DNA from: Octopus vulgaris
Lineage: Eukaryota
Reading direction: 5' to 3'
Assembly: GCA_951406725.2 (NCBI GenBank)
Contig: OX597814.1
Location: 210,552,001-210,616,000, forward strand
DNA length: 64,000 nucleotides
In this document: one piece after another, positions 42,321 to 57,494 of the stretch
Position numbering within the stretch: position 1 is the stretch's first letter
Layout: each line of letters begins with the position of its first letter
The notes under the pieces: model-generated
What the model was told of the DNA's origin: nothing
Databases searched by the model: none
The model's input: the letters and a program-made list of their open reading frames with translations, nothing else
Position numbers and translations under genes: made by a program

Positions 42321-43149
42321 CACATACGTGTGACACGGCTACGTCCCTTTCGACTTTGGTTCACAAGGATGCGTGCGCCTTCTTCATTTGGTGGTTGTCT
42401 ATTTTTTGAATGGTGGGAGAGTTGTGCAGTGGAAGCGCTTGTGATGTATTGATCACAGTTTCCCCCTTAAACACGATCTTATCTGCCATCACATGCACAG
42501 GGACATGGAGGCATAAAGGTAAGCACTGATCTGCAAATGATGCTATGGCAGCCGTGTGAGAGGACTGAACCGGGATCTCTTTCTCGATTTCTCAAGGCCG
42601 AGTGATGCAACTTACTGCGGACCAGCCAGCACAGATGATTTGCTTATGGAGAAAGCATGTTTGTGTTGTACACTCCCTTCATCAAATCGGAACTGGCTGC
42701 TGAGCTGCAGCGTGAGGTAAACATCATATGTCGATGTTTTTGCAGAGCAACATGAGATGGAGTATTTTGCTCAAGATACAACACACCTCAGGTTCATTGA
42801 TCGATCCCCAGATCGCAAGACCCTGGGTGCAACATGTCAGCTGGTAGGTCAATATGTTCGCACACGTTGGCCTATTGTGTATAACGATGTATATGTATGT
42901 AGGCAGGAGGATGTGGTGGAGGGCAATAACCAATGTTGTATTGGATTATCTGGGATATGTGCAGGCTGATCCGAATTTGTATCTATCTTCGAAATTCCTT
43001 TCTAATATGATGTTATTTCTGTATTCAGTTTAACTCTGAATTTGTTATCGTCTATCAATTCTCTGATCCCCGATCCAATGAAAACAACTACTTTCAGTTT
43101 TGCGTCACTTTTCTCTTCACCAAATTTGACTTTTATATCTAGGAAATGT

Positions 43150-43815
43150 CTTGTGAAATAAGTTAATTAACTCATTTCAGAAAGAGTGCCATCGATTCAA
43201 AGGTCTCTTCCTTACCGAAAACATGACCCAGAGGAATGGAAGTTTTTTTCATTACCATCATGTGGCAACACAGCTTTGAAGTTAACTATAAACTATTTCT
43301 ACTCCTTGGCCATATGCACATGTCCTAGTTTTTGCAGACATAACCATCGTGTGTCATTGCCTTTACGATGTTTTGCATGACACCGAATTTGATGTGAAGG
43401 GGTGGAAAGAAGATCTTTTACAGGTCTACCAGTGGCATATGCTGCACATTGTACCGATCAACTATGCGTTTATCTCTTTTAAGCAGTTTTTTTTACAGAG
43501 TAATGACTGCTGTCGTCGCAGCTATTCTAAACACACAAGAAGCACATATTTTTGGCGTATGCCATCTGCTGTCCTAGGAGGAGGGGAGTCACCATTAAAT
43601 AACCATAAATATTCACTTGTGAAATGAGTTAATTAACTCCTTTCAGAAAGAGTGCCATCGATTCATAGGTCGCTTCCTTACCGAAAACATGACCCAGAGG
43701 AATGGAAGTTTTTTCGTTACCATCATGTGACAACACAGCTTTGAAGTTAACCTTACTCAAGTCTATAAACTATTTCTACTCCTTGGCCATTGCACATGTC
43801 CTAGTTTTTGCAGAG
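43150..43815 (-). mobile_element. Chapaev-3-like (CMC) DNA transposase fragment with internal duplication
   Basis: FIDLSKVNFKAVLSHDGN..SIPLGH..TYESM..LLLGQQMAYAKNMCFLC..PLV..KIFFPPLHIKFGVMQNIVKAM; ~190-bp direct repeats at 43150-43338 and 43616-43814. Family assignment is from remembered motifs. Confidence 0.7.
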
Positions 43816-44114
43816 TATATATAAATATATATATATGATGAATGACGATCAATGACCCTTGTTCATGCAAAACGCCAGCAATACTCGTCCGTGAAGTTAT
43901 TGCACCCAAAGCAGATGCACTAGTGTTCGCGGCCGCCCCTTCCACCTCCGTCGCTGCGCCTTCTGGACAGCAGATGGTTGTCTCGTCTAGAGTGTTAAGT
44001 CCAATAAAGATTGCACAGACCACCTGAATCCTATGGATATCATCCACAGAGCAGCGACAGCAAAGATATCCGGTGCCAATATCTTTTTCAGTAATGTGGA
44101 AACATCTTGATCTG

Positions 44115-44203
<89 letters not shown>

Positions 44204-44532
44204 CATACACACACACCACACACACATATAAACCGCCAGACTTCGTATTCGTTATCTATTCCTTCTGTTTTGCATATGTGAATTACAGGGTCTGTCATGC
44301 CCGGAGTCCAACTTTGATAGAAATAAGCATTCTTGACTGCTATTTCTATTTTTTCGGTATGCGGTCAAGCAACCTGTTTTGCCTGTCCCTTTTTCTTATA
44401 TACAATATATATACTGAACTTTACAGAAGTTCCTGCCGGTAATCGGCTATATTTACATACCGAATTCTACCAGTAAATAATTGGGGTTTTTTTAAAGGCC
44501 TTTATAGAAATTATTTACTCTTATCTTTATAT

Positions 44533-44584
<52 letters not shown>

Positions 44585-45188
44585 GCATATATACATTCTT
44601 ACACCATGTAAGCTTTGTGAATACGCCAAGTAGAATAAATACATTCATTGTACATTTTTGAGATTAAATAATATGAATTTTGTCCCATAGTATAAAAAGC
44701 TGTAGCGATTGATTTAAGTTATGGTTTTGATGCTGTTCTATTTAGGAGACGATATATATATAGATGACGAGTTATCTATTATGATTACGGAAATCCATAT
44801 TAACTGACTGATATCGTGTATGCATAAGAAACAGTAAAAGCAATAATGTGTTACTAAAAAATTTAAAGCCCCACATATATTTTCTTTAACAAAATGAAAC
44901 AAACGGCATTTACGAAATTAACATAGTCAATTGCAATTGGGATTTTTTTCCGGAGAGATTTATAGGAGTTAAAGTCGTAGAATTTACGAAAATATGAGGT
45001 CGCTCAAATAACTCGCATACGCGCACACAAATGTACACCAATATAAATACAGACACACATATGTATGTATATGCGTGCCCGTGTGCATGTATATATTAGT
45101 GTATATAAGCGTATGCATTTATATACACATACAATCATGCATATATATATATATATATGTATATATGTATATATGTATATATGTATCA

Positions 45189-45290
<102 letters not shown>

Positions 45291-45391
45291 CAACAATTGA
45301 GGGTTGATTATTAATCAATTAATTATTAATCAATTTCACCAAGTGTTCAGTATGTAAAGGGACCATTTAAGGCGAATTCAAATTATTACAT

Positions 45392-45653
45392 TATATAAAA
45401 GGGCTTAGTAAAATAAATTACTTTGCCACATACTGAACTCATTAGAAATAGTAGCTAAAAAACCTTTTTTAAACTATTTCTAATACTTAAAGAAAATCTC
45501 TCTCATATAGTGTTTGCTTCCGTGAGTTGAATTGAGCAAACACTATATGAGAGAGATTTTCTTTAAGTATTTAGAAATAGTTTTAAAAAAGTTTTTTTAG
45601 CTACTATTTCTAATGAGTTCAGTATGTGGCAAAGTAATTTATTTTACTAAGCC

Positions 45654-45663
<10 letters not shown>
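45392..45663. repeat. Long near-perfect inverted repeat (~127-bp arms, 16-nt loop) between (TA)n tracts
   Basis: Left arm 45392-45518, loop TCCGTGAGTTGAATTG, right arm 45535-45663; only a few mismatches or indels. Confidence 0.95.
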
Positions 45664-46136
<473 letters not shown>

Positions 46137-46849
46137 CTCTATTTCATTCTGTATCAAGAGATTTAAATATAGAAAAATTAAGAAAGCAAACTAGCGAGAG
46201 AAAATAGCAAATGATTGATAGAGCCTCAGGTACAGTGGGCGCGTAGACAAAGCAGAGAATAAATCAACATTTAGCTCAACAAATTGTTTATCATTGACAT
46301 TTTTTTTTTACGTATGGAAACGAAAAGCGAAGAACATGTGCGGAATTGTAAATTATGAAGCACTGAATTCGGATTGAACAGAATGATATACGTGTATAGA
46401 AAGATACACATGCGCACCATATGCAATCACAGTCTTCATACATCGTAGAATAATACATGTATGCGCACATGTTTGTGTATGCATGTATGTATGTAAATTT
46501 GTCAAAGGACTCGGGCCAGAACAATTCACTTGCACGACGGAAGTTTATATTGAATATTTGACTTATCTATTAGTATAATCTGGAATTAAATTAAATTATT
46601 CTGGTCAGAGTTAACTAAGCAGGATAGTTTGTGCTGGAGCAAAGAAAAGAGACAATATTTTCTCTCGTTGTTTACGTATTGAAGTCTTTTGTCTACGTAT
46701 TTCATGTTGTTTACACAATTGGTGATGTCATTGAACAACACGCATCAACTTCCAAGTAACTGTATCTTCACCTTTTTGATGCGACTCTACTCTACACGTT
46801 ATTCCTCTAACCTTCTCTAATTCCCTTTTTCTCCCCTCCCTCTCTCACC

Positions 46850-47335
46850 GTTTTCTACCTGTCTCTCCATATTTATCTTTCTCTCTCTCTCGTTACTCAC
46901 ACGTGATTATCGACCATCTTCCTTTTCCGCGCGTGACCATCATTCCTCTCCTGCACGGACATTTAAAGGACTTGATATTTTTTCTCTCTTTTTTATCTGT
47001 TGTCTTTTCAAAGAAAATATTTCTCCCAGCCTTCTCTATATTCATCCCGTTCTGGTCTAATGACCCTCCATGTTTTTTTCTTTCGGTTTCCTCGTATATC
47101 TCCAATGCTCTGTTTTTGATTCTAACTTTGATCCTCCATAACTCCTCAATTTTATCTTGGAATTTATGGGAGCACCTGCTTCTGATGAGTCATATTGTCG
47201 TGGATTGCTCGAAATGAGGAGTAGATAGACTGCCGAAAATTGATGAGGGGTCGTTTCTCTGCTTTTACTTGTCCTGATTCCCATGTTTTCTCTCGCTGTC
47301 TATGTATCTCATGGTTATTACACAGTTGGTGACGT
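46850..47335 (-). mobile_element. Penelope-like element, degenerate GIY-YIG C-terminus
   Basis: ..SAV..H; RIKNRALEI..SLDQNGMNIEKA resembles the R.IKEALEI..LNRDxG end of PLE endonucleases. Confidence 0.45.
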
Positions 47336-47348
47336 CCTGTATCCATAC

Positions 47349-47397
<49 letters not shown>

Positions 47398-47452
47398 TGT
47401 ATGTATGTATATAGATATATATACACACGTATACAAACATGTATGTATGTAT

Positions 47453-47850
47453 ACTCTTTTACTTGATTCAGTCGTTTCACTGTGACCATGCTGGAGCACC
47501 GTCTTTAGTCGACCAAATCGATCCGAGGACTTATTCTTTGTAAGCTTAGTACTTATTCTATCGGGTTCTCTTTCCGAAACGCTAAGTTACGGGGACGTAA
47601 ACACACCACCATCGGTTGTCAAGCGATGTTGGGGAAACAAACATAGCCACACAAACATATACACATACATACATATATATACATATACACGACGGGGTTC
47701 TTTCAGTTTGCGTCTACCAAATCAAATCTCAAGGCTGTGGTCGACCCGAGGCTATAGTAGAAGACACTTGTCCAAGGTTCCACGCAGTGGGACTGAACCC
47801 GGAACTATGTGGCTCGTAAGCAAGCAACTTACCACATAGCCACTCCTACG

Positions 47851-47853
<3 letters not shown>
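47453..47853 (-). mobile_element. SINE family 2, full length
   Basis: TACTCTTTTACTTG tail through CTTACCACATAGCCACTCCTACGCC head. Confidence 0.9.
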
Positions 47854-47905
<52 letters not shown>

Positions 47906-47909
47906 GTAT

Positions 47910-47973
<64 letters not shown>

Positions 47974-48134
47974 TTGTTATCGCCATATTAATATGGCATT
48001 CTTATAGATATAAGAATAATCGCTGCCGCTGGTCAGCACAATGAGGCCACCGCCTTAAGATAGCTATTGATACACGATGTGTATCCATTATAACCTTCGA
48101 ACATATATATATATATATATATATGTATGTATAT

Positions 48135-48184
<50 letters not shown>

Positions 48185-48339
48185 GTATGTATATACACAC
48201 ACACATATATATATATATTATATATCATTATGATTTAATTGAACGTCACGCAACCATTTCAAGTACGTTTACCTTCACCTTTTTTAATAGAACTGCACTC
48301 TATACTTTTTTTTCTTTCTGTGCGTTTCTCTTTATATTT

Positions 48340-48840
<501 letters not shown>

Positions 48841-49089
48841 TGTATATATATATATAACTTTAACCCTTTACTCTGAGGTGATGCTGCGGTACAGACTTGA
48901 AGCAGGAATCGATCCCAGAACATTTTAAGCCGTATACCTGAACTGAAAGTTAATAGTGGGATAAAATACAAACAAAAAAACACACGCGTATATATCTACA
49001 TACGACAGGTTTCTTTCAGTTTCATCCTAAATCCATTCAGAAGGCATTGTATGTATGTATGTATGTATGTATGTATGTATGTATGTATG

Positions 49090-49140
<51 letters not shown>

Positions 49141-49182
49141 ATCTCTATCTGTATGTGTGCTTTTAAATACCTTACACGCTGC

Positions 49183-49219
<37 letters not shown>

Positions 49220-49248
49220 TATGTACATATATATACATATATATGTAT

Positions 49249-49305
<57 letters not shown>

Positions 49306-49339
49306 TACATACATGCATACACATTCATATGTATACGTT

Positions 49340-50870
49340 TATATATTCGTTTTGCAAGATTCTTGATTTGAAATCGTGTGTTGAAACAGATATTGTTGTA
49401 TTTAGAGATGGTTATGTTACCAGTTTATCCAATAAAAACACACGCACTATATATTGGGTGTTAATTTGCTTCAATTTTAGTTTTTATTTTTACATTAATC
49501 TTATTACGGCTAGAGTTCATTCATCACACTTCTGTGACCTCATCAGCGGTCCTTTGCTTTCTTCTTTCTTATTTGTGTCTTACCTTTCTAACGATCACCC
49601 ATTTTGTATTTTGTATTCTTATTGTATTGTATATGTCTTTATTTGCGCATGCGTATAATCCTATGTGTGTCTATATTTAGTAATTGCGTATGTGTGCAGG
49701 GACGTGCCTCTATTATCTGTATCCCCTGTTTATACACGTTCTTTTAATTTTTTTTATTTTGTTCATGTGTTTATACCTACTTATTTTTTCTATTCTTTTT
49801 TGTATTCAATTTTTTAATTTTAAATTTTGTTAATGTATATAGTTAATTCCATTTCTTTATCTGTGTATTGTATTATATTTTGTTCATATTCTTATCAGTT
49901 ATTGGGGATCTTATTCTGTCATATATTGTGGTGTGTTGGGTTTGTGTGCTTGTGTTCCATTCCAATTTCCTATTCAGGATAGGTTTATCTTCTGTTATAT
50001 GTGTAGCTTCTGTAATTTGTCAGTGTTGCGTCTGTTCTATGTGTGGACAAGATTTTAACTTCTATGCTGTTGAGTGAGCCCCTGTGTTCCTGCTCGGCGT
50101 GCTGGTTCAGAACCGATGAGCTCCTCTCTTCCTTAAGGTCCCTCCAAAGGTTCATTTACCTGCCCTACTGTGCTCCGTGCCGTTTCCCCTACGTACATCG
50201 TTGTCTTGTTACTGCATCGTACCTCTATACATATTATACTATAGACTACATTTCTGGCTTTACTGTTTGTTTGTGGGCAGTTCCTGTCAGTACAGGGGGT
50301 TCTACTAAAAGGATAGGTTCTACCTATTAGGGATTTGTTAGGGTTGCCTGGCCTTTCAGCAACCTTAATCCTTAGTTTAAGTTTTTCTAAAGCGGTACGC
50401 CAGTTCGCCTCTAGGGATGGTGTCGACGAACATGACACTCTGGTATTTGTGGCTATCATACCATGAGTTGGCCTTGCCTATTTTCTTCTTAGTCCTTTCA
50501 ATGGTGTTCCATGACTTGCTTCTATTTAGTGGGCAAATCCCATTCCCATCGTTACGCATGATAGTTTCAAATATCCCCATGGCTCCTTTGTATACTCTGA
50601 TACCTTCTTTATTGCTGTAACCTGAGAACTTCATGTGGGGAACGAAATGTTGTATGTGTCTCTTTAACTCCGTCGGGTCGCACATGCGGGTCACATTTCG
50701 CGTTACTCTGACTAGGTCTGCCATCAATATATTGAATTTGGCATTGTCCTCGATAGCTGAGTTCCGGTGCATCCGTTATTTGAAGGTCATTGGTTTGGCA
50801 TAGTGTGAATGAAAGATCCGGGTTTTATTATTCTCAGTTTCCAGCCAGAGTTCTATATCTAGTACTAGAT
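49340..50870 (-). mobile_element. 5'-truncated Penelope-like retroelement (end of RT, thumb/linker, GIY-YIG endonuclease) with pLTR remnants
   Basis: VLDIELW..IFHSHYAKP; ..FSGY..PLNRSKSW..SVMFVDT.PRGEL; NVVYSIIC..C..YVGETAR (GIY-YIG). Degenerate CTGATGAGGTCAC hammerhead motif on the minus strand at 49534-49546. Confidence 0.88.
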
Positions 50871-50871
50871 A

Positions 50872-52088
50872 CAGAACATGGAAAGGATATTTTGAAAGTG
50901 TAAATTCCTTTTCTAATAAATCCTACTCAGAAAGTTTCAGCTGAAAAACCAACAAATTTTCTCAGAAACTTATGTGAAATTAATTCGTATATTATTATTT
51001 ACTAATGACTTCTACATTAACAAAATCTTCTTTTGTATATTTGAAGCATGGTTCTGTATCTAACGATATCTTTCAAATTGTAAAATATATGAAATCAAAA
51101 TAATCCAATTTGAGCTGTATTACTTGGATAGCGGATGACAGTCTCATGGAAGATTTCCTCATCGTGTTATGTCAATACAAAGTGAATTAGATTTTTATCT
51201 GAAGAAAATAACATTCCTCGTAATCACGGAGATTTCCACATTACAAGTGAATGCTTCAGTTAGATTATCACTCCGATATCTTTCAGTAAATGCAATGACT
51301 TAGATATCTCTATGCAAGTCCATTACAAAGAAAAAATGTTGTAACAGAGAAAATACGTCAATAAACGATCTCAGTTTGTGGAAAACGAAAGTGGGACTTT
51401 GATATGTAGCGTCATTCCCTAACTGCAAATTTTTGATAATAAATTTTTATAACGTACGGAATAATACCTTACACCATCTACAAATAGCATTCCATTTAAA
51501 AGCGAAATCCATTTAATTCTGACGTTAGCAATACGCAAACGGAATTTGCCAGCATCACTATAATTGAAGATGTAAATGAAGTCTCAGGTATTGTGAATTT
51601 GAGGTTTCGATATAATCTCGGTAAAAACTATGAATCTGTTGGTACATTTTGCTTGAATGTGAGGAAGAAAACATTGTGATAAATGAAGAAGAATAGTGTC
51701 ATAGGAACGTTACTATATAATCTCTTTCTGAATCGATGCTTCCGGTCTTAAATAATTTCAAACCACAATCAGAATCCACTCGCAATCGGAATATGAGTTA
51801 ATTGGAATCCCATCGAAGATAATATCTAGACCAGAAGCACTCACGTATATAGAGTTATTTGAACCATTAAATTAAAACAATGATACACCGGTTTGTACAG
51901 AAATCACATACAAAGAAGCTTATCAAATGTGAACAGAGACATTCACTCACGTCTTTGTTAATATTACTAACTGTTGATATAAAGAAATCTTTATATAATA
52001 GTAAAAAAACATCTTAATCATCTTTCAATAGCAAATGTAATTTATGACATCAAGTAAAATAATTAAATGCCGACAAGTAATGCCATAG

Positions 52089-52126
<38 letters not shown>

Positions 52127-52770
52127 TTCAAATCACTTCCACAAAACAAATCAATAACTGTTTCCATAAAATCATTGACTGTCCACAACATTTTGTAAAA
52201 CGCTATACTTGTAAGTTGAAATTGCTATTCCAGGATGAATATTCCATTTTCAAGCAATGAAATTCATTTTCGATGTTTAGTACATACACGATGAAACTCA
52301 GGTGAAATCATCCTTAATTTCCCGTTTCAAAATACAAATTTCCCTTTAGTTAACTATTAATTTAACCAGAGGGAAATTCCATGACCAGAAATGAGAAACA
52401 ATTTATACAGATTAATATGGATGTAATTTATAATTTAGCATAAATATATTTCCTCATTCAGTTATTTATAGCTTTTAATATAAATTAGGAGCCACTGAAT
52501 AATATTGCAAGTAGTTTTATATTATGAAGTACTTGTATACGTGACGTTATTCTCAGGCAGAATCTGTGGGTATTATATGCAATAATCGTGGCTCTTCAGA
52601 TCACAAGTGAAGTATACCCATTGAGCTTCTATAATTTCTGTCTCCAGTATTTCCCTCGTAAAAGGTTTCTCTCAAACTCCAGCAATGCTTAAGATTTCTG
52701 GTAGTATAGACCATCAATAGGTTTCATGATTGGGAAGCAAAATTCTCCAGCATTCAGTCATGAATGCGCC
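50872..52770 (-). pseudogene. Decayed adhesion GPCR, copy C, N-terminal block (repeated SRCR/CUB units - kringle)
   Basis: Internal protein-level repeat ~750 bp apart: K*ISLLENG (52243-52269) vs KWISLLNG (51491-51514). DGLYY..NLKHC (~52682-52718) vs CNGLA*RYLSHC (51292-51327). CUB-like SDCEWIL (51770-51790) and SNSQYLRLH..SDAGKFRLR. Kringle EECYF..ITR*GNLP*D (51141-51230) matches ITRWGRT in copy B. Confidence 0.62.
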
Positions 52771-53573
52771 TAGATTTAGGATATATATATATATATATAT
52801 AACTATACGCCTATACGCATAAACATAACCATTTGTCATTCAAACAGAAACACACACTAACTCACACATATACTCAAATAGATAGTATAACTGTATGAGA
52901 ATGTGTCTAAAAGTATGTGTCTATATTGATATGGCTGCCTATGGTTACGTGTTCTTCGGTATACGTGTGTGTGTGCATCTGGTTTCTAATATTCTTTTTT
53001 CCTCCTTCTCGTTTTGTTCGTATCTGCTAATGTCTTTTAGTGAAAATATTCTTATCTCTCTCTCCTTAAACAAGACAATAGAATAAAGTCATAGCATCAC
53101 CCTGTGATGTTTTGTATACTTCATTGGAAATTGAACAAAACCAAATCAGTGAAAACAATGGAAGCTATTTACGATGATAGTTTGCTATCAGAAACTTTGC
53201 TCACATAATGTAGACGCACACAACGCGTCTACATACATAATTATGAAAATGTTTCTCCTTCACTTTTGTCTTTCTCTGACTTTAAGCTTTCCCTCTACTG
53301 TTAAATACATTAGAAACACACTATCATATTTTACATATACATATTTTTCTGCATTTATATACATAGAAATATACACATATCTAATATATATATATATATA
53401 TACATATATGTGCGTGCGTGTGAGTGTGCGTATGTATATTGATGTATAAGCTCACGTATAAACAAAGAATATTTATATTAGTGTGCTCCTATATTTACAC
53501 ATGAAACTGCGTAGGAATATACGTATATATATATATATATGTGTGTGTGTGTATATATGTATATATAAACCTG

Positions 53574-53621
<48 letters not shown>

Positions 53622-54062
53622 TATTTATATATCTTTATATATTACATATATATATATATGGGCTTTTTGTAACAACAAAAGACATGGAGAGAGAGAGAGG
53701 GAGAAGGAAAATGAGAAAAGTGAGAAAGACTCGCTGCATACGAGGAAGTGTAACGCTTCATGTGTGAGAAAGTGAGATAGGAAGATTTACTGTACAAACG
53801 ATCGATGATTCGAGTAATGTGATTAAATCCAACATTAACGCCTTCATTTAGTTCATATATGAAATTTTATGCAACATTGCATTGCATGTATACGTATTCC
53901 TATGTATACGGAAGCACTTACGTACCAACAAGCGTACGTACATATATAATCATATATACATTCATTGCAAGTTGAAAATTAAATATTTAATATTGTACAT
54001 ACACATGCACGCACGTACGCAAATACGAGTATGTGTGTGTGTGTGAGTGTATATATATATAT

Positions 54063-54118
<56 letters not shown>

Positions 54119-54350
54119 GAATAAGTATATATATATATGTATATATATATATATTTATATAATAATAAATATTAGGGAATAAATCCAAATTTACAGGGAA
54201 AAATCAGATTTAGGATTGAATCCAATTTTATAGTAAAATATTATATTATATTAAATTAGAGACAAAACCACTATTATGCAAATCAAACAAAGAAAGACTT
54301 AAGCCAATACATAAAATAATTTATATAAATTAAAATTTAACAATTAATAT

Positions 54351-54404
54351 AACCACTACGATCGTTTCGTGTCAGCACATCTTTGAGACATTCTTCAGGT
54401 GGTT
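54351..54404 (-). ncRNA. Type I minimal hammerhead ribozyme (Penelope pLTR type)
   Basis: Minus strand: AACCAC-CTGAAGA-A-TGTC-(13-nt loop)-GACA-C-GAAA-C-GATC-GTA/GTGGTT. Perfect 6-bp stem I, 4-bp stem II, palindromic loop III, GUA cleavage triplet. Confidence 0.82.
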
Positions 54405-54478
54405 TTCAAAACCTTCTTGGCGAGTTTTAGACTAGTGGTTTTGTCTCTAATTTAATATTATATATATTTATATATATA

Positions 54479-54544
<66 letters not shown>

Positions 54545-54548
<4 letters not shown>

Positions 54549-54912
54549 CACAACGCCACCCGTCAAATGAACGGTGCTGAGATGCCAAATATTTAAACCA
54601 AATTTTCTCAAAACAACTTGTCCGACCGTCCCATAGGCCTCCCATTTGAGAAACATTGATTTAATCTAAATTTGAGACACCAGCAACAGACGGGTTTCGA
54701 CTGATGTGCTTCCGCGTACAAATGCTCGTTTCCACGGCTTTATCGATCGCATTCTCACCTGGAATCGATTTTTGTAATTTTTTCAAGACTTATACACGCC
54801 CCAATACCATGGGTATCTACATATCAAATTTGAGCGCCATCGGATGGAGGATGCCTGAGATCCTAGAAGACACACACACAGACAGACAGAACGGATATTT
54901 CATAATCTATAT
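54545..54912 (-). mobile_element. Non-autonomous Helitron/Helentron-like fragment
   Basis: Minus strand has TATATAG..GTCTGTCTGTGTG microsatellite followed by CCGATGGCGCTCAAATTTGATATGTAGAT, as in DINE/HINE-like elements. Confidence 0.5.
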
Positions 54913-54939
54913 AAATATATATATATATATATATACATA

Positions 54940-55125
54940 TATCGCTAGCCTCTACACACATTTTTTCTCTCCTTGTTTCATTCCTTGTTTTTTCTGTGTC
55001 CCTTTATGTAGAAAAGTGTAGGCTTGAAATGTAGAAGACTTTTTCTACTCCTGAGCGTTATATTAATACATGTTTGTTTTGTACAGCAAGTGTCTTCGTC
55101 TTTTGTTTTTTTCGTAAACTCTCCG

Positions 55126-55128
<3 letters not shown>
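54940..55128 (+). mobile_element. Second copy of the short Penelope-derived element (cf. 23821-24090)
   Basis: TTTTCTCTCCTTG..GTAGGCTTGAAATGT..CCTGAGCG..CTTCGTCTTTTGTTT is homologous to the reverse complement of 23821-24070. Confidence 0.6.
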
Positions 55129-55156
<28 letters not shown>

Positions 55157-57494
55157 GTATGTATATGTATGTGTGTGTGTGTGTGTGTGTATTTATATGT
55201 TTATATATACATATTTGTTTATATATATATCTTTTGTTTTGGGATTTGGTTTGCAAGATTCTTTATGCGAATTCGTGTGTTGAGGCATATTCTGTTGTCT
55301 GGGTAGAGTCATTCTGTTTTAGTGTCTTATAATTTAACACATATCACAGCTAATGTTTCTACTCATTTACTTATTTATTTTTCCAAATTTTGCCTTTCTT
55401 ATTACTACATATGCATGTAAGTATATATGCAAATATCAGTCAAGTAACTAACAAAAGTCAAGTGTTGGTGATATCCATTAAATTTCTCCCCTCAAAAAAC
55501 ACTGGTCTTGTGCTTAAAGCAGCACACATTACACAATTCAGGCTTTTAATGTTCTACGTTCAATCCCGTCTAGTTTAACATTGCCTCTCATTCTTTCAGT
55601 TTCCTTAAGATAAAAATATCAGTGTAAGAGCTAGAAATGAACGTATCAACTAACTCATCTTGTAAATTTTATTGTTTTTTATCTAAAACAGTAATTATTA
55701 TTATTATTATTATCGAGATTGCTTCCTGTATATAAAAGAAGAGTCTGGAGTATAATTGCCGCAAACAGGTAATTACGTTTTGATGTTGAAAACCCAATAT
55801 TTTAGTGACCGCACATACCGGCAGATAAGGAGGAAAAGAAACTATATGAGAAACAATCAGAAATTTCCTTGCAGATTCTTGAGTGATGTGTTGAAAAATA
55901 TACGTACGGGAATTGGTTGTGGATTATGTTGTCATAAGTGGAGATAATTACAGCTTGAACTAAATATTTATATGTGTTCTTTACATATAGTGGAAATTCG
56001 TCTGGTTAATTACTACGTATATATTGTGGGTGTAAAATTTAGCACAGAGCAATATTAGCAATTAACTTGAAACTAACACAAAGAATGTTATGCATAACTT
56101 TAATTAAACAACTTCCCTATGCTGTTATTCATAATTTAGTGTAACGTTTAATAGGTAACAGTCTACAATAACTGCTACAATACTGTTAATGACTCTTATT
56201 TATTCTTGCTTAAATTCTGAAATTTCGAGGGAAACTACCAGTCAAGTACTGTAGTCGATATAACGAACTTTGGTACTTGCCAGGTAGTTTCCCACACTGG
56301 TACTTTGCAATATCAATCCCGATATGAGGAAATATGACGTTGGCGGGATTTGAACTCAAAAAAATTGAGCGCTAAAGATTGTGCATGACGTCTTGTCACA
56401 TTTAAGAACAATATTTTATTTTTTATTTAATACCGTATCATAATCATGAGAACAGCAGTAATCTATTCCCTTGCCAGGCTCACGAAGTCTGGTCTAAGAA
56501 GGCAGGAGTTTCTCCTTCAAACATAGAAATTTGTACAATTCTTGAAAAAAAAAATCATCTCTGCGACACGCGTTTAATCTTGTAATTGATTAAATTTACT
56601 AAACACTAATGAGAATTATTTTCCTGAATTGATTCGAAACATGTTCAATCCCCTTAATTTCAACTCCAAATTTTCGTATAATTAGTGGTTACAATTTTAA
56701 AGATCCAAAGTTCCGCGAACTCTCACTAAAACTGTACTGACTTAGTCACGAAACAAATTTCGTGGTAGGACAGTCATTTCTGCGTTTATGATTTTACTTT
56801 GTATTTTTCATTTTTGAATTCGCGTTTTAATTTTACGACTACATTCTCCCCTCGTTATGCCATTTAAAAAAAAATACTAAACGGCTTGATTTTTGAAGAA
56901 ACTTCACTAATGTTCCTACGAAGATGAGCATCAATGTTGAGTGGATCTATGTACTAATATTCTTCTGATATGTTTGTAGAGTAACCAAATATATATATTT
57001 TTTGTATTCACGTTTGTACATATTCTGATTTATGTAAGACATTTTCGTGGCTTCAAACGTGTCCCAGAAACAAAATGCTCAGTGCCATGCACTCCACCTC
57101 TTTATATTGTAATTTCACATTCTACAGATGTCAACATTGCCTTTTATCATTTCGGGGTCTATAAAACAACGTACCGATTAAGTATTAGAATCGATTTTAT
57201 AGACTACATCCCCACCTCAGAATTAATGGCACATAGTGTAAATGTAAAACAGTTACTACTTCCAGTCTCAAGGCATTTGATTTTAGATTTAATAATGTAT
57301 CATTTAAAATGTCACCCTGTTTAGATTCATTCATTTATATTCTGATGCCAAATACTAATGGGAAGGATGTGGCTTGTTACTCTTGTACATTGGATAAATA
57401 AAATGAAATCAGGATAAATATCAATTTCTCGTACATCAATTATAAGATATGAATGTGTGACTATGTTTAAAATAATAATGTTTCTTAGTATTAC

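Noticed and set aside
42330-43140. Possible LINE ORF1 relic (DKIVFKG motif on the minus strand)
   Set aside because: One short motif only; cannot assign a family without a search.
43150-43814. LTR/TRIM retroelement
   Set aside because: The direct repeats lack TG..CA ends, PBS and PPT and encode transposase sequence.
53208-53234. 10-bp stem hairpin ATGTAGACGC-7nt-GCGTCTACAT
   Set aside because: Isolated and too short for a pre-miRNA; no Helitron CTRR end follows.
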